IMG/VR virus record: IMGVR_UViG_3300018065_000012
DNA: 64,000 bases
Reading direction: 5' to 3' (one strand)
Source: a virus
Taxonomy: Duplodnaviria; Heunggongvirae; Uroviricota; Caudoviricetes
The notes under the pieces were generated by a model that saw only the letters and a list, made by a program, of their open reading frames with translations, ran no database searches and was not told where the DNA came from. Positions 10,559 through 19,901 of this stretch are shown here, piece after piece. A program made the position numbers and the translations under genes. Position 1 is the first letter of the stretch. The number at the start of each line of letters is the position of its first letter.

Positions 10559-11964
10559 GCAACAAATCCAGAGAAAAGAAACGCAAAGAAAAAGCGAAAC
10601 GAAAAAAACAACGGAACAAGGACAAGATCAATCATAGCATTGCTCCAATGCCGCCTGAGTTCAAGAAACAGATTTTGCCTTACGCTGTTATTAAGCTGTT
10701 GACCAATGCGGAAATTCAAGAACGTTATAAGCTGCGCGATGATTTGGTCTGCATCCGTTGGAATAACGAAGATGAAATCTTGCACAGTGAAGATTTCAAA
10801 ATGGTGAAAGAAGTAGCGCAACGCATACACAAAGAACAAGTCGTTCAGAAAAATCTTCACAACACATTGTCAACAGTTCCAACAGCGTTAGATTTACATT
10901 ACGAGGCAGCACGGCATATAAGGAAAATGGTTGATGGTGAAAGTAAAGGGAAAAAGAAGCTTATCTTCATCAAAGACCAATCAGGTTGTGGCTACTGGAG
11001 AATGGTTGTTCCAGCGAGATATATGACCACAGAGGAATATTATATTGACATGGCAGAAATTGAGGTCATTTATGATTATCTTCTTGAGTATGATGTGATT
11101 GTAGTTCAGCGGCTTTGCCGATGGTCAGAATACTATACCATCATAAGATTGAAGCGGCAAAACAAGCGAATCGTTTATGACATTGACGATAACATTTTTG
11201 ATGTTCCGCTTGATAATCCTGCCGCCTATGTAATCAAGAAAGATCAGTATGAAGCGGCTCGCGCTATCATGAGCGTCTGTGATGTTGTAACAACGACAAC
11301 GGAGATTTTGAAAGAACAACTGAAGTGTCCCGACAAGACAATAGTGGTTCCAAACGCAATTGATTTTGACGACGGTTATCCTGCAAAATATCTTGGTCAA
11401 CCAGACAACTACAAGCGCATCTTGTGGATGGGCAGCGCGACACACAATCAAGATTGGTTACAATGCGCTGATGCTGTCGACAGGGTAATGAGGGAAAGGG
11501 GCGACGTCCGGTTGGTCATTATTGGTTCAATGCCAAAAACTTTAGAGCAATATGTAGGAGACCCAAGACGCCCGTGGTATAAAAAGCGAATTGAGTTTGA
11601 AAAGTTCAAGCATGTTGAAACATATGTTCTTACTACAAAGCAACTTAGAGCAAATTGCGGACTTGCTCCATTGCAAGAATCTGTTTTCAATAGTTCAAAA
11701 TCAAACATCAAGTGGTTGGAGTACACAGGGGCAGGCGTTCCAACAATTGCAAGTAATGTTAGTCCCTACAAGGAAGACATCGTCCATGGGACAAATGGAT
11801 TTCTTGCAAATACAGAAAACGAGTGGTACCAAGCAATTACAAATCTCCTTGACGCTCCTGATATATGCACAAGCGTTGTTAGCGCAGCAAAAAAATCAAT
11901 TGAGCAAAAGTTTGATATCAAGCAAGTTATACACAAATGGGAAGAAACCATTCTTGGCGAATAA
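10555..11964 (+). CDS. glycosyltransferase family 4-like with Lys-rich N-terminus
   Basis: C-terminal GVPTIASNVSPYKEDIVHGTNGFLANTENEW is the typical retaining GT-B motif. N-terminal KKRKEKAKRKKQRNK tract. Confidence 0.5.
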   Translation: MSNKSREKKRKEKAKRKKQRNKDKINHSIAPMPPEFKKQILPYAVIKLLTNAEIQERYKLRDDLVCIRWNNEDEILHSEDFKMVKEVAQRIHKEQVVQKNLHNTLSTVPTALDLHYEAARHIRKMVDGESKGKKKLIFIKDQSGCGYWRMVVPARYMTTEEYYIDMAEIEVIYDYLLEYDVIVVQRLCRWSEYYTIIRLKRQNKRIVYDIDDNIFDVPLDNPAAYVIKKDQYEAARAIMSVCDVVTTTTEILKEQLKCPDKTIVVPNAIDFDDGYPAKYLGQPDNYKRILWMGSATHNQDWLQCADAVDRVMRERGDVRLVIIGSMPKTLEQYVGDPRRPWYKKRIEFEKFKHVETYVLTTKQLRANCGLAPLQESVFNSSKSNIKWLEYTGAGVPTIASNVSPYKEDIVHGTNGFLANTENEWYQAITNLLDAPDICTSVVSAAKKSIEQKFDIKQVIHKWEETILGE

Positions 11965-12022
11965 TTTTTTGATATTTTACGGTTAGTAGAGACATATCAT
12001 ATTGAAATTAGGAGGTTAGAAA

Positions 12023-13225
12023 ATGATTCGGCTGATACTCGCTTTCCGTAAATTGCTTGGCGTCAGTGGAAATGGCGCAACAGAAATCGTTTTGCTTACG
12101 GTTTTGAAGCAAGTCTATCTCGCGATGGAAAAACAAACGGACGAACTTTTGAAAGTAGTAAACGCGGATGACGAAAGAGCTGCAAAAAAGGCTAAGAAAG
12201 AATTGAAAAAGATTCAGGGCCGAAGAGATGAAATCCAAGAAGCTGTTTCACAAAAGCGATTTGACAAGATAGCAATTAGGGAAGCGGAAAAAACGGTTGA
12301 AAGGGTAAGCAAGGGTATCAAGGGAAGAAAAGTTAGATTAGCTCCAGACGAAGCATGGGACTTGTTCCAGACTTTTATTACGTGGTTTTGGAAAGATGGT
12401 CACGAGGAGTTTTTGAAAAACTTGCTCAGAAGGAAGAAAAAACTTTACAACGTTGAGGTTTCTGACATAATGCCTTTGTTCGTGCTTTCTGCAAGAAACG
12501 ATATGATCAGCAACGCGGAGAAAGCGCTCAACAAAAGGAAAGAAGAACGGACGATGCCAGAGTTGGACGAAGGTCACACTTTGACAGAAATTACGCCTTC
12601 TGAAGAACCCAAGGAAGTTGTCAGGGTTGGTGATATCAAGAAATTGAAAAACGAGATAGATAACCTCATCAAGAGGAACGACGATAAGAGCGGTGTTATG
12701 CAGGCTATGTTGTCTTCGTGGTGGAAATATGTCGGAAAGGTACACGATACAACGCAAAAAGTTTTTAGGTATATACTTAAATCTCCGGAAGTTAAAGGAC
12801 TCAAACAAACCGAAGGAGCGTACAAAGGACAGTCATACTCGAACGATAGGTTGCGAGACTTCTTCAATTATATGACTTGGCTTATTGTTGCTTTTTTGGT
12901 TAAGAAAAAGAACTTTTCTGTTACTACTGAATTGGAGCGGTTTTTGCATACAGAAGGGCGCAAAAAACTTTCTTCGGCAAAAACCTCTGCGGAACGAAAA
13001 GCTTGTGCAAGAATGATTGTTGCTTTTGTGAAAGAGATTCGGCGTCGTCAGGCGCAAGCTGATTTTGCATTGTTAGTGTTGGGAGAAAGTTTTCAGCCAG
13101 ATTCCGGTTATATGCCGCCGGAAGAAATGGTAGAGGAAATACAAGACGAGAAAAAGAACGCATCTGAATGCGATGAGTATATTGCGAAAGAGATTATTTA
13201 CATTGCCAACGCGCTTTTAGAATAA
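12023..13225 (+). CDS. hypothetical protein (400 aa, charged)
   Basis: Strong RBS TTAGGAGGTTAGAAAATG; long ORF. Confidence 0.45.
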   Translation: MIRLILAFRKLLGVSGNGATEIVLLTVLKQVYLAMEKQTDELLKVVNADDERAAKKAKKELKKIQGRRDEIQEAVSQKRFDKIAIREAEKTVERVSKGIKGRKVRLAPDEAWDLFQTFITWFWKDGHEEFLKNLLRRKKKLYNVEVSDIMPLFVLSARNDMISNAEKALNKRKEERTMPELDEGHTLTEITPSEEPKEVVRVGDIKKLKNEIDNLIKRNDDKSGVMQAMLSSWWKYVGKVHDTTQKVFRYILKSPEVKGLKQTEGAYKGQSYSNDRLRDFFNYMTWLIVAFLVKKKNFSVTTELERFLHTEGRKKLSSAKTSAERKACARMIVAFVKEIRRRQAQADFALLVLGESFQPDSGYMPPEEMVEEIQDEKKNASECDEYIAKEIIYIANALLE

Positions 13226-13252
13226 GGCGCGGAAATATTGATCGGGGGAACA

Positions 13253-13744
13253 ATGCCACTGTATGAATACAAGTGTGAAGACTGTGGAAACGTGACTGAG
13301 TTTTTATCCCGTAACGGGAAAAAGCTGGTGGTGCTGTGTTCCAGATGTAAGAGTCATCATACAAATCGGATCATGAGTTCTTTCTCGGTTAAAGAAGGGC
13401 CAACGCTTGATTTCAAAAGAGCACACGACAATGCAAAAAAAGAAGCAGTTATGAAACAAGACTTGAAGACAAACTACGGTGTCGAAAAAATATCAATGGC
13501 AAATAACACGGCAGGAAAAACTTTCAAGGATACATACAGTGATATAAAAGCTCAAGGAAGTGCGGTCCCTGAAGCAATGGCTGCGCAAAAAGAGATTAAC
13601 AAGAAAAAGACGCGTAAAAAACAAAAGGAATGGATGAAGGGTGCGTTGAAAAGAACGCCTAAGCGCAGGGCAGAATTGAAAGCAAGGAAGGAGAAAGCAG
13701 CTGCTGAAAAAAGAAAAATCAGTATTGGAAAAAAAGAAAGTTGA
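13253..13744 (+). CDS. FmdB-family zinc-ribbon protein with Lys-rich tail
   Basis: MPLYEYKCEDCGNVTEF...CSRCKSHH matches the FmdB zinc-ribbon pattern. Confidence 0.5.
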   Translation: MPLYEYKCEDCGNVTEFLSRNGKKLVVLCSRCKSHHTNRIMSSFSVKEGPTLDFKRAHDNAKKEAVMKQDLKTNYGVEKISMANNTAGKTFKDTYSDIKAQGSAVPEAMAAQKEINKKKTRKKQKEWMKGALKRTPKRRAELKARKEKAAAEKRKISIGKKES

Positions 13745-13761
13745 CCTCATCAGAGGAGAAT

Positions 13762-14031
13762 ATGATGGCTAAAGCTAAACCAGAAGATTTCAAACATACC
13801 GTTCTCAAAGTCATTTTTTCAAAGCAGATTGGCGATAACAACCGTATTGATTTGCGCGTTGTAAAATGGGACAATTCAAAGAAGCCAACGTTAGAATATC
13901 GCCGTTTGTATTTCGATAAGAATTATGAAGAATGGAGAATGAGAAAACAAGCAGGCATTGGCGCTGAAGAGTGGAAAACGCTTTTGGAAAACGCCAATGA
14001 AATTACAAAGCTATTAGAGAAGGAAGAGTAA
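13762..14031 (+). CDS. hypothetical protein
   Basis: RBS GAGGAG 5 nt upstream of ATG. Confidence 0.4.
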   Translation: MMAKAKPEDFKHTVLKVIFSKQIGDNNRIDLRVVKWDNSKKPTLEYRRLYFDKNYEEWRMRKQAGIGAEEWKTLLENANEITKLLEKEE

Positions 14032-14033
14032 TT

Positions 14034-14465
14034 ATGGATATGCGATATATTGATCTGATTTCAGCTTTCAAGAAACAAGAACAAACGGTGTTGCAAAACG
14101 TTGTCGTGCTTATGGATGAAAAGAACAAAGAATTGCGGGATGCTTTTCTTGCGTGGCAGAGTATGATATCGGAATACGATTCAGACGCAAGGTGCCCGGA
14201 ACAAGACGCGAAACGACAATGGCGATGGTTGTGGGAGAATACCAAGTTTGATATGAAGCAATACGCAATCGTTGCAAACGTTAATGCGTACGATGCTCCA
14301 AAGCATCATGAGCGATTAAAGAGTTTACGATTGATTTACCCTGATGGAACTGTTCATAGTATTGCTGTTGCGACGATGTTCAAGAAAGTATTTGAAATGA
14401 TTCCCAAGGAAGCGATCAAGGCAAAAGATGATAATTCTAAATCAGAACAAAAGGACAGCGCATGA
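14034..14465 (+). CDS. hypothetical protein
   Basis: ORF starts 3 nt after the previous stop. Confidence 0.4.
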   Translation: MDMRYIDLISAFKKQEQTVLQNVVVLMDEKNKELRDAFLAWQSMISEYDSDARCPEQDAKRQWRWLWENTKFDMKQYAIVANVNAYDAPKHHERLKSLRLIYPDGTVHSIAVATMFKKVFEMIPKEAIKAKDDNSKSEQKDSA

Positions 14466-14641
14466 CGAGCGGAACGAAGAAGCCAAGAAACATCGTGGAC
14501 ATGATTTGATAAAATTGCGCTCGCATACGACTCGTCATAGAACAGCTGGTGAATACGAAATAGGCACTTTTATTTGCATGGATTGCGATGTCCAATTCAA
14601 AGCCTACATCTGGCCCGAAAGTTGATCAAAATGGGCCTAAA

Positions 14642-14785
14642 ATGAGCGCTACGGACGTGTTTGCGATGCGTCTCAAGATTTGCAAGCGTTGCGATAAGCA
14701 AGATTGTACCAAAGGAGCGTTTGGAGCGCCACCGCCAAACGATTGCCCTTTTTCGCTGGAACATCTTGTTCATGGACAGAAATAA
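14642..14785 (+). CDS. CPF-LEH family small Cys-rich protein (short member)
   Basis: RLKICKRCDKQDC ... PNDCPFSLEHLVHGQK. Confidence 0.4.
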   Translation: MSATDVFAMRLKICKRCDKQDCTKGAFGAPPPNDCPFSLEHLVHGQK

Positions 14786-14805
14786 CGCAAATGTTTTCAA
14801 ACGAG

Positions 14806-14814
14806 TTGTATAAT
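14806..14814 (+). promoter_or_regulatory. TTGTATAAT extended -10-like promoter motif
   Basis: GAGTTGTATAATATA in intergenic gap upstream of the RBS/ATG at 14844. Confidence 0.4.
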
Positions 14815-14843
14815 ATAACATAGAATGAATTTAGGAGGAACAG

Positions 14844-15206
14844 ATGAGACAGATGATCATGGTGTTATTGCTTCTGCTTTTTTCGGGTTGTTCTTATTTT
14901 GTTCCCGGAGATATAAAGCGCGAAGCTTCTTTGACCCGAATTGATCTTCAAACAGCTTGCGGCGAAGCGCCACCCCTGCAAAAAGAGGCAGATGAAAGAA
15001 TGAAAGAAGCAGATGAATTATTCGGGAAGGGGCAATGGCAACAGGCGGCATCCAAATACAAAGAGGCAGCAACGAAATCTGGCGAAGCGACAAGTAAGAT
15101 GTTGCGCTCTTATAGAAGGGTGTTGCCGCATGCGGTCAATCTGGATGATTATATGAACAGAAGACCGTCGGAGAAAGATGATGAAAAGGAGAAAGACAGT
15201 AGGTAA
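14844..15206 (+). CDS. putative lipoprotein
   Basis: Signal peptide MRQMIMVLLLLLFSGC with lipobox LFSGC. RBS TTAGGAGGAACAGATG. Confidence 0.5.
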   Translation: MRQMIMVLLLLLFSGCSYFVPGDIKREASLTRIDLQTACGEAPPLQKEADERMKEADELFGKGQWQQAASKYKEAATKSGEATSKMLRSYRRVLPHAVNLDDYMNRRPSEKDDEKEKDSR

Positions 15207-15310
15207 TTGTTATGGGAAGTTCTCATTTTGGGAACTGACTTGTAAAACTTGCTTGGCGACTTCATGGTGCAAAAACAAAATGATGGATAGAGAACTGAAA
15301 AAGATGTTTT

Positions 15311-15535
15311 ATGCTGAGCAAAAAGATTTGCCGACAATGCCATAAAGAACATTCCAGTTGGACTGAGCATGCTGATGAACCTCACTGGAACAATGGATGG
15401 GTTTTTTGCGTCTACAAGCAGCTTGAATCATACCGTTCAAATCCGATGTTCATTCCTTTTCTGCCCATAACAGCCAATCCGCCAGAAGAATGTCCTTTTT
15501 ACTTGGAGCACTTTCTCAGTGACTCAAGTGTTTGA
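15311..15535 (+). CDS. CPF-LEH family small Cys-rich protein
   Basis: MLSKKICRQC ... PPEECPFYLEHFL. Confidence 0.5.
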   Translation: MLSKKICRQCHKEHSSWTEHADEPHWNNGWVFCVYKQLESYRSNPMFIPFLPITANPPEECPFYLEHFLSDSSV

Positions 15536-15887
15536 ACTCAATGCAAGCCTTGGGATGGACTTTCAAGTTCCCGCTTACATCTCAGTCAATGATGTGAACG
15601 AAACCTTTGAAAAAGATTTCAAGGTGTTTCTGAATGGATTTTGTTCGTGTTGGGTATTGTTTATGATCGAAGAAGAAGCCGAAAAGCAAGAGACGTTTTT
15701 GTGTCCCGTAATTTCAAAGCTTGAATGGCGTCTTTTTGAAAAGGAAGACTTGCATTTCATCAAATTCTTCACTGAAGTAAAGTTCGAATGCATTTGCGAA
15801 ACCCCACAGCCTCCCTTTGAAGACGGCGAACTTCAGGGGATGTTGCAAGCCTGCGTTTGCTCGTTTTCAGCCGCTTTCTACAAATAA
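15519..15887 (+). CDS. hypothetical protein
   Basis: ORF only. Confidence 0.3.
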   Translation: MTQVFELNASLGMDFQVPAYISVNDVNETFEKDFKVFLNGFCSCWVLFMIEEEAEKQETFLCPVISKLEWRLFEKEDLHFIKFFTEVKFECICETPQPPFEDGELQGMLQACVCSFSAAFYK

Positions 15888-15929
15888 TTTGGAAAATCCT
15901 GAGTTCAACGCAAAATCTTGATTTTTCGG

Positions 15930-15938
15930 TTGTATAAT
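15930..15938 (+). promoter_or_regulatory. TTGTATAAT promoter motif
   Basis: CGGTTGTATAATAAA 29 nt upstream of ATG 15967. Confidence 0.4.
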
Positions 15939-15966
15939 AAATCAGGATTTTACAGGGAGACTAAGG

Positions 15967-16347
15967 ATGAAGGTGCGTATTGGTTTTGTGAGCAACAGTT
16001 CGTCAAGTAGTTTTCTGATTGTTGGAACCGACAGCCAAGAGCTGATTACAAAACTTCTCAATGCAGAAGGCGTTGGTTGTGAATACAGTCCGAACAATGG
16101 GATCGTTTTCGAGGACGATGATTTCTATATGAGCTACGGAACGCACGAAGGCGTACACTTGGACTTTTTTGGATACGACAACCAACCGTATTATGCTGGC
16201 TTGAGTTGTCATGAAGAATTGTGCGACGGGGAGACAGTTCAGCAGTTGATAAAAAGGTTTGCAAGGATTTGTCAAAACAGTTTGAACGTGCCGCTTGATG
16301 TCCGGAAACATCATGTGACTTTGCACTATGGTGAATGCAGTAGTTAA
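15967..16347 (+). CDS. GFVSN-leader family protein (paralog A)
   Basis: N-terminus MKVRIGFVSNSSSSSFLIVG. RBS GGGAGACTAAGGATG. Confidence 0.55.
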   Translation: MKVRIGFVSNSSSSSFLIVGTDSQELITKLLNAEGVGCEYSPNNGIVFEDDDFYMSYGTHEGVHLDFFGYDNQPYYAGLSCHEELCDGETVQQLIKRFARICQNSLNVPLDVRKHHVTLHYGECSS

Positions 16348-16357
16348 GGGGAAAGCG

Positions 16358-16675
16358 ATGCTGCCCAGAGTGAAACTGACGGAAGGTGACCGAAAATGTT
16401 TTGAGGTTGCGCGAAGAAATGTTGGGCGCGTGCGTTGCCGTTTGTACAAAAAGTTGAACGAAATACTTCGGGACAAATCAGAGTTTGACGCTGACCAAGT
16501 GGTTTCGATCATTGAACTTGAGAAGTTTGGCCAGCGGTTAAAAGACGTCGAATACGAGATTGAAAGATTTTACAGTATAGCACAAAATCAAATTGTTGAC
16601 AGAGCAGGTGGACTAAAACCGTGGTGTAAAGCCGAACAAAAGAAGAAAGCCAAAAAGAAAAGGAAGAAACGATGA
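16358..16675 (+). CDS. hypothetical protein with Lys-rich C-terminus
   Basis: ORF; KKKAKKKRKKR tail. Confidence 0.4.
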   Translation: MLPRVKLTEGDRKCFEVARRNVGRVRCRLYKKLNEILRDKSEFDADQVVSIIELEKFGQRLKDVEYEIERFYSIAQNQIVDRAGGLKPWCKAEQKKKAKKKRKKR

Positions 16676-17814
16676 AACGGCGAAAAACGTATTTCATTGG
16701 CGAAGGGGAAGAAATCTTCAATCTTGGCGGCGTGTCGTTCAGAGGGGGCGATCCTTACACAGTCGTTGAAACCAACACGGCAAAAACGATTATGTCACCG
16801 TGTGACTACCATTACATCTTCGACAAAAAGACCGGCTTCTTTGCGCGTTGGGGAAAGACGCCGAAGGATGATCCAGAATTCAGCCCCATTGGGCCTGAAA
16901 TTCTCGACTTGGAAATTTCAGTCAATGGATGTCCAAACGCATGCAAATTCTGTTACAAGAGCAATCAGGATGTCCCAGCGACTAATATGACGCTGGGGCA
17001 GTTCAAAACGCTCATGGACAAAATGCCGATGACCCTTACGCAAATTGCGTTTGGGATTACGGGCGTCCAGACAAACCCAGATTTCATTCCAATGCTGAAA
17101 GAATCCCGCAAGCGTGGTGTGATTCCAAACTTCACGCTTTCAGGAATTGACTTGACGCCGAAACTGGCTGATGAAATCGCGCCGTTGGTTGGCGGCTTGG
17201 CGGTCAGCGTTTACAAGACAGACAAGAATGTCGGCTACAACACTGTGAAGATGTTCTCAGATCGCGGTGTGAAGCAGACCAACATTCATCTAATGGCCAG
17301 CCAAGAGACGCTTGACTTCGTTTATGAAGTATTGCGCGATAGCAAAACTGATTCACGGCTTGAAAAGCTCAATGCTATCGTGTTTCTCGGGGTCAAACCA
17401 AAAGGCAGAGCCAAGGGACAATTTCATTCGCTCACTTCAGAACAGTATGCGGATTTGATCAACTACTGTTTTGAAAATGATTTGCGGTTCGGGTTTGATT
17501 CTTGTTCAGCGCCGAAGTTCGAACAAGCTGTGAAAGAGCGCGAGATGAGTGAAGAGCGCAGGAAAGTTCTATTGTCGATGTCGGAGTCTTGTGAATCTTC
17601 GCTGTTTTCGGCATACATCAACGTCAAGGGCGAGTATTGGCACTGTTCATTTTCTGAAGACGAGCCAAATGTTGAATGCGTGAACGTTCTTGAGTGCAAC
17701 GACTTCCTCAAGGACGTTTGGTTCAGTCCAGCAGTTATTAAATTTCGCCAGCGCGTGTTAAACTCGATGAGAGACGGTTGCCGCCATTGTGTGACGTATG
17801 ATTTGAAAGGTTAA
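16672..17814 (+). CDS. radical SAM domain protein
   Basis: ISVNGCPNACKFCY (CxxxCxxC); additional C-terminal Cys residues. Confidence 0.5.
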   Translation: MKRRKTYFIGEGEEIFNLGGVSFRGGDPYTVVETNTAKTIMSPCDYHYIFDKKTGFFARWGKTPKDDPEFSPIGPEILDLEISVNGCPNACKFCYKSNQDVPATNMTLGQFKTLMDKMPMTLTQIAFGITGVQTNPDFIPMLKESRKRGVIPNFTLSGIDLTPKLADEIAPLVGGLAVSVYKTDKNVGYNTVKMFSDRGVKQTNIHLMASQETLDFVYEVLRDSKTDSRLEKLNAIVFLGVKPKGRAKGQFHSLTSEQYADLINYCFENDLRFGFDSCSAPKFEQAVKEREMSEERRKVLLSMSESCESSLFSAYINVKGEYWHCSFSEDEPNVECVNVLECNDFLKDVWFSPAVIKFRQRVLNSMRDGCRHCVTYDLKG

Positions 17815-17854
17815 GTAGTTTAGAAGCCTCTACGCCTTTGACAAAGGCGAAAAT

Positions 17855-18319
17855 ATGAAATTTGACATTGACCAACCGTTTGAAGAATGGACTCCCGAAG
17901 AAAAAGGGGAGCTTCGTGTAATCTTGTTGGTTTGGTTTTGGAATATGACCATTGTTCAAAATGACGCTGTGAAAACAAAACGCATTGGAAAGCAAACATG
18001 GAAGTACAAGGAAGAGTTGTTTCAAAGAAACAGTATGGAAGTTTATGCTTTCAAGACAGTGGATATGGGCTGGGTTTTTGTAGACGATTGTCCCGACCCA
18101 TTGACCAATCAAAAAGACGTTTTTGAAATGGACAAGAAAATCAAAACAACGGGGCATGTAAAGGTTGGGTGGTATATTCGAGAATTGAGAAATATGCTTC
18201 ACAACTATTACACGCGCCAACCGTTTTCCGGAGAAGAGTGTTTCAATTTCAGATTGTTTGAGCCGTACCAGTGTTGTATTGCTGCTTATCGAGCCTTTTA
18301 CAAAATCGGTCTTATGTGA
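17855..18319 (+). CDS. hypothetical protein
   Basis: ORF with RBS. Confidence 0.4.
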   Translation: MKFDIDQPFEEWTPEEKGELRVILLVWFWNMTIVQNDAVKTKRIGKQTWKYKEELFQRNSMEVYAFKTVDMGWVFVDDCPDPLTNQKDVFEMDKKIKTTGHVKVGWYIRELRNMLHNYYTRQPFSGEECFNFRLFEPYQCCIAAYRAFYKIGLM

Positions 18320-18328
18320 GGTTACAAC

Positions 18329-18568
18329 ATGGAAGAGAAAGAAAAACCAACTTGTCCGAAGTGCGGCGGCAAATCCGGTTTCATAATGAACGAGTATGTT
18401 TGTGGCTGGTGGGAAACTTGGTATGATTGGGGTGGTAAAATTGAAAGCACCAACTTGGACAAGATGAAGCATCAGCCGTTTCCAAAATCTGTTGTTTGTG
18501 CTGATTGTAAGAAACGGATACCAAACCCTTTGCTGGAGAAAGAAAATGCTCCCCGATTGGCCGAATAG
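18329..18568 (+). CDS. zinc-ribbon protein
   Basis: CPKCGG ... CADCKKR four-Cys arrangement. Confidence 0.4.
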   Translation: MEEKEKPTCPKCGGKSGFIMNEYVCGWWETWYDWGGKIESTNLDKMKHQPFPKSVVCADCKKRIPNPLLEKENAPRLAE

Positions 18569-18773
18569 GTGGATCAATGCATCGGTGCTGACGGAAGAAG
18601 ACAGGAAGGAGCTTTGGGGTGACAATTCGCATCCCAGAGTGCCCGATATGGATCATGCAAAAGGACTGCTTCGGCGTTATGAGGCAACGTTGCGGAAATA
18701 CGAAAAGGAACTTGCATTGGCGAAAGGCGATGAGGAAACGTTTCAGCATTTGGAGAAAGTTCAACCAAGATGA
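18546..18773 (+). CDS. hypothetical protein
   Basis: RBS GGAGAAAGAAAATG; overlaps previous gene end. Confidence 0.35.
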   Translation: MLPDWPNRWINASVLTEEDRKELWGDNSHPRVPDMDHAKGLLRRYEATLRKYEKELALAKGDEETFQHLEKVQPR

Positions 18774-19261
18774 ATTACATTATTGATAAATTTACGGCTG
18801 AAACACAGGTCATTATCAACAAGAAAGCAAACGGGACTTGGTGCGCGTTGCCTTATCCCGGTCATAAGAAAGGCTGTCCAAACTTTGGAAAGAAGAAACG
18901 GTGCCCGCCAAACGTTCCTTTGATGAAAGAAGGCGCAACGGTTATGATGATCGGCGTCGCATTTGATATTGGGCGTTGGGCGTCTGAGATGAAGAAAAAG
19001 CATGCTTCGTGGACGGACAGGCAGTGTCGCTGCCTTTTGTATTGGCAGGGCACTTTGAGAAAAGAGTTGAGAGGATTTCTCAAGCAGGCAATAGCAGCAC
19101 CGTTTACGGTGATTTATGCTACGCCTGAAGGTCAAGGGGCTGATATTACAGCAATGATGAAAGCGGTTGGCAGACCGCTTCAATGGCCTCCACTTACTAA
19201 AACGTGGGCTATCGTGCTGCTCGGAAAACCTGAAGACAGGGTTGCAAGAAATGGGAAATAG
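18770..19261 (+). CDS. hypothetical protein (Cys/His-containing)
   Basis: ORF, ATGA overlap with upstream gene. Confidence 0.4.
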   Translation: MNYIIDKFTAETQVIINKKANGTWCALPYPGHKKGCPNFGKKKRCPPNVPLMKEGATVMMIGVAFDIGRWASEMKKKHASWTDRQCRCLLYWQGTLRKELRGFLKQAIAAPFTVIYATPEGQGADITAMMKAVGRPLQWPPLTKTWAIVLLGKPEDRVARNGK

Positions 19262-19592
19262 AGCGTATATTCAGTTTCAACGAGTCATTGAGCTTAGCGA
19301 TGACTTATCAGAACGGTCTGGCGATAGGCGTTATTATGGAATCTGTACGTATGATGATTTCAACCACTCAACACAACTTTGGGACAGCAAGGACGAATTC
19401 ACAAAAAACTTTGATGCTGATCCAGACCGTTTCGCGGTCAGTGTTTTGAAATTACTCCTTAATCAAGGCGATGCAAGCACCGGAAACGTTCTTGACACGA
19501 TTCAACACTATGAGCAAGGCGTTCATATAAACGGTAACTATTATATATGGGACAAAATCAAAGAAGCTTTTGAGGATGACGATGAAAATTAG
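19251..19592 (+). CDS. hypothetical protein
   Basis: ORF; ends with TAG overlapping the next start. Confidence 0.35.
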   Translation: MGNRAYIQFQRVIELSDDLSERSGDRRYYGICTYDDFNHSTQLWDSKDEFTKNFDADPDRFAVSVLKLLLNQGDASTGNVLDTIQHYEQGVHINGNYYIWDKIKEAFEDDDEN

Positions 19593-19893
19593 ATTGGGCT
19601 ACGTTTCAAATTCGAGTTCAGCATCCTTTTGGGTGCGTAAGGATATGCTCACTGATTGGCAAGTCAAAGCCATTCTGGATTACAAACGGTTTGGGGAAGA
19701 GTTTGTTCGGTTGAACGCTTTTCCAGATTTTAACGGTGGCCGTCTTGGATTTGGCGACAGTTGGGAGTTGTCTGAGACAAAAAATGGAGAACGGATTGTT
19801 GGAAGTACGTGGATGGATAACGGAGAAATGGAAATCTTTCTGAAAGCCTTGGGAGTCAAGAAAAAGGCTTACAAGATTATTGATCACAATTGA
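19582..19893 (+). CDS. GFVSN-leader family protein (paralog B)
   Basis: MKIRLGYVSNSSSASFWV. Confidence 0.5.
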   Translation: MKIRLGYVSNSSSASFWVRKDMLTDWQVKAILDYKRFGEEFVRLNAFPDFNGGRLGFGDSWELSETKNGERIVGSTWMDNGEMEIFLKALGVKKKAYKIIDHN

Positions 19894-19901
19894 GGTGTAG
19901 G

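Noticed and set aside
14428-14625. 65-aa ORF overlapping the end of 14034-14465
   Set aside because: 37-nt overlap, no RBS, and no clear start. May be a genuine small zinc-binding gene (CMDCDVQ) but evidence is weak.
17738-18625. 295-aa minus-strand ORF
   Set aside because: Entirely antisense to three well-supported + strand genes and low-complexity (FFFLFHVV, poly-S). Typical shadow ORF in a one-strand coding region.
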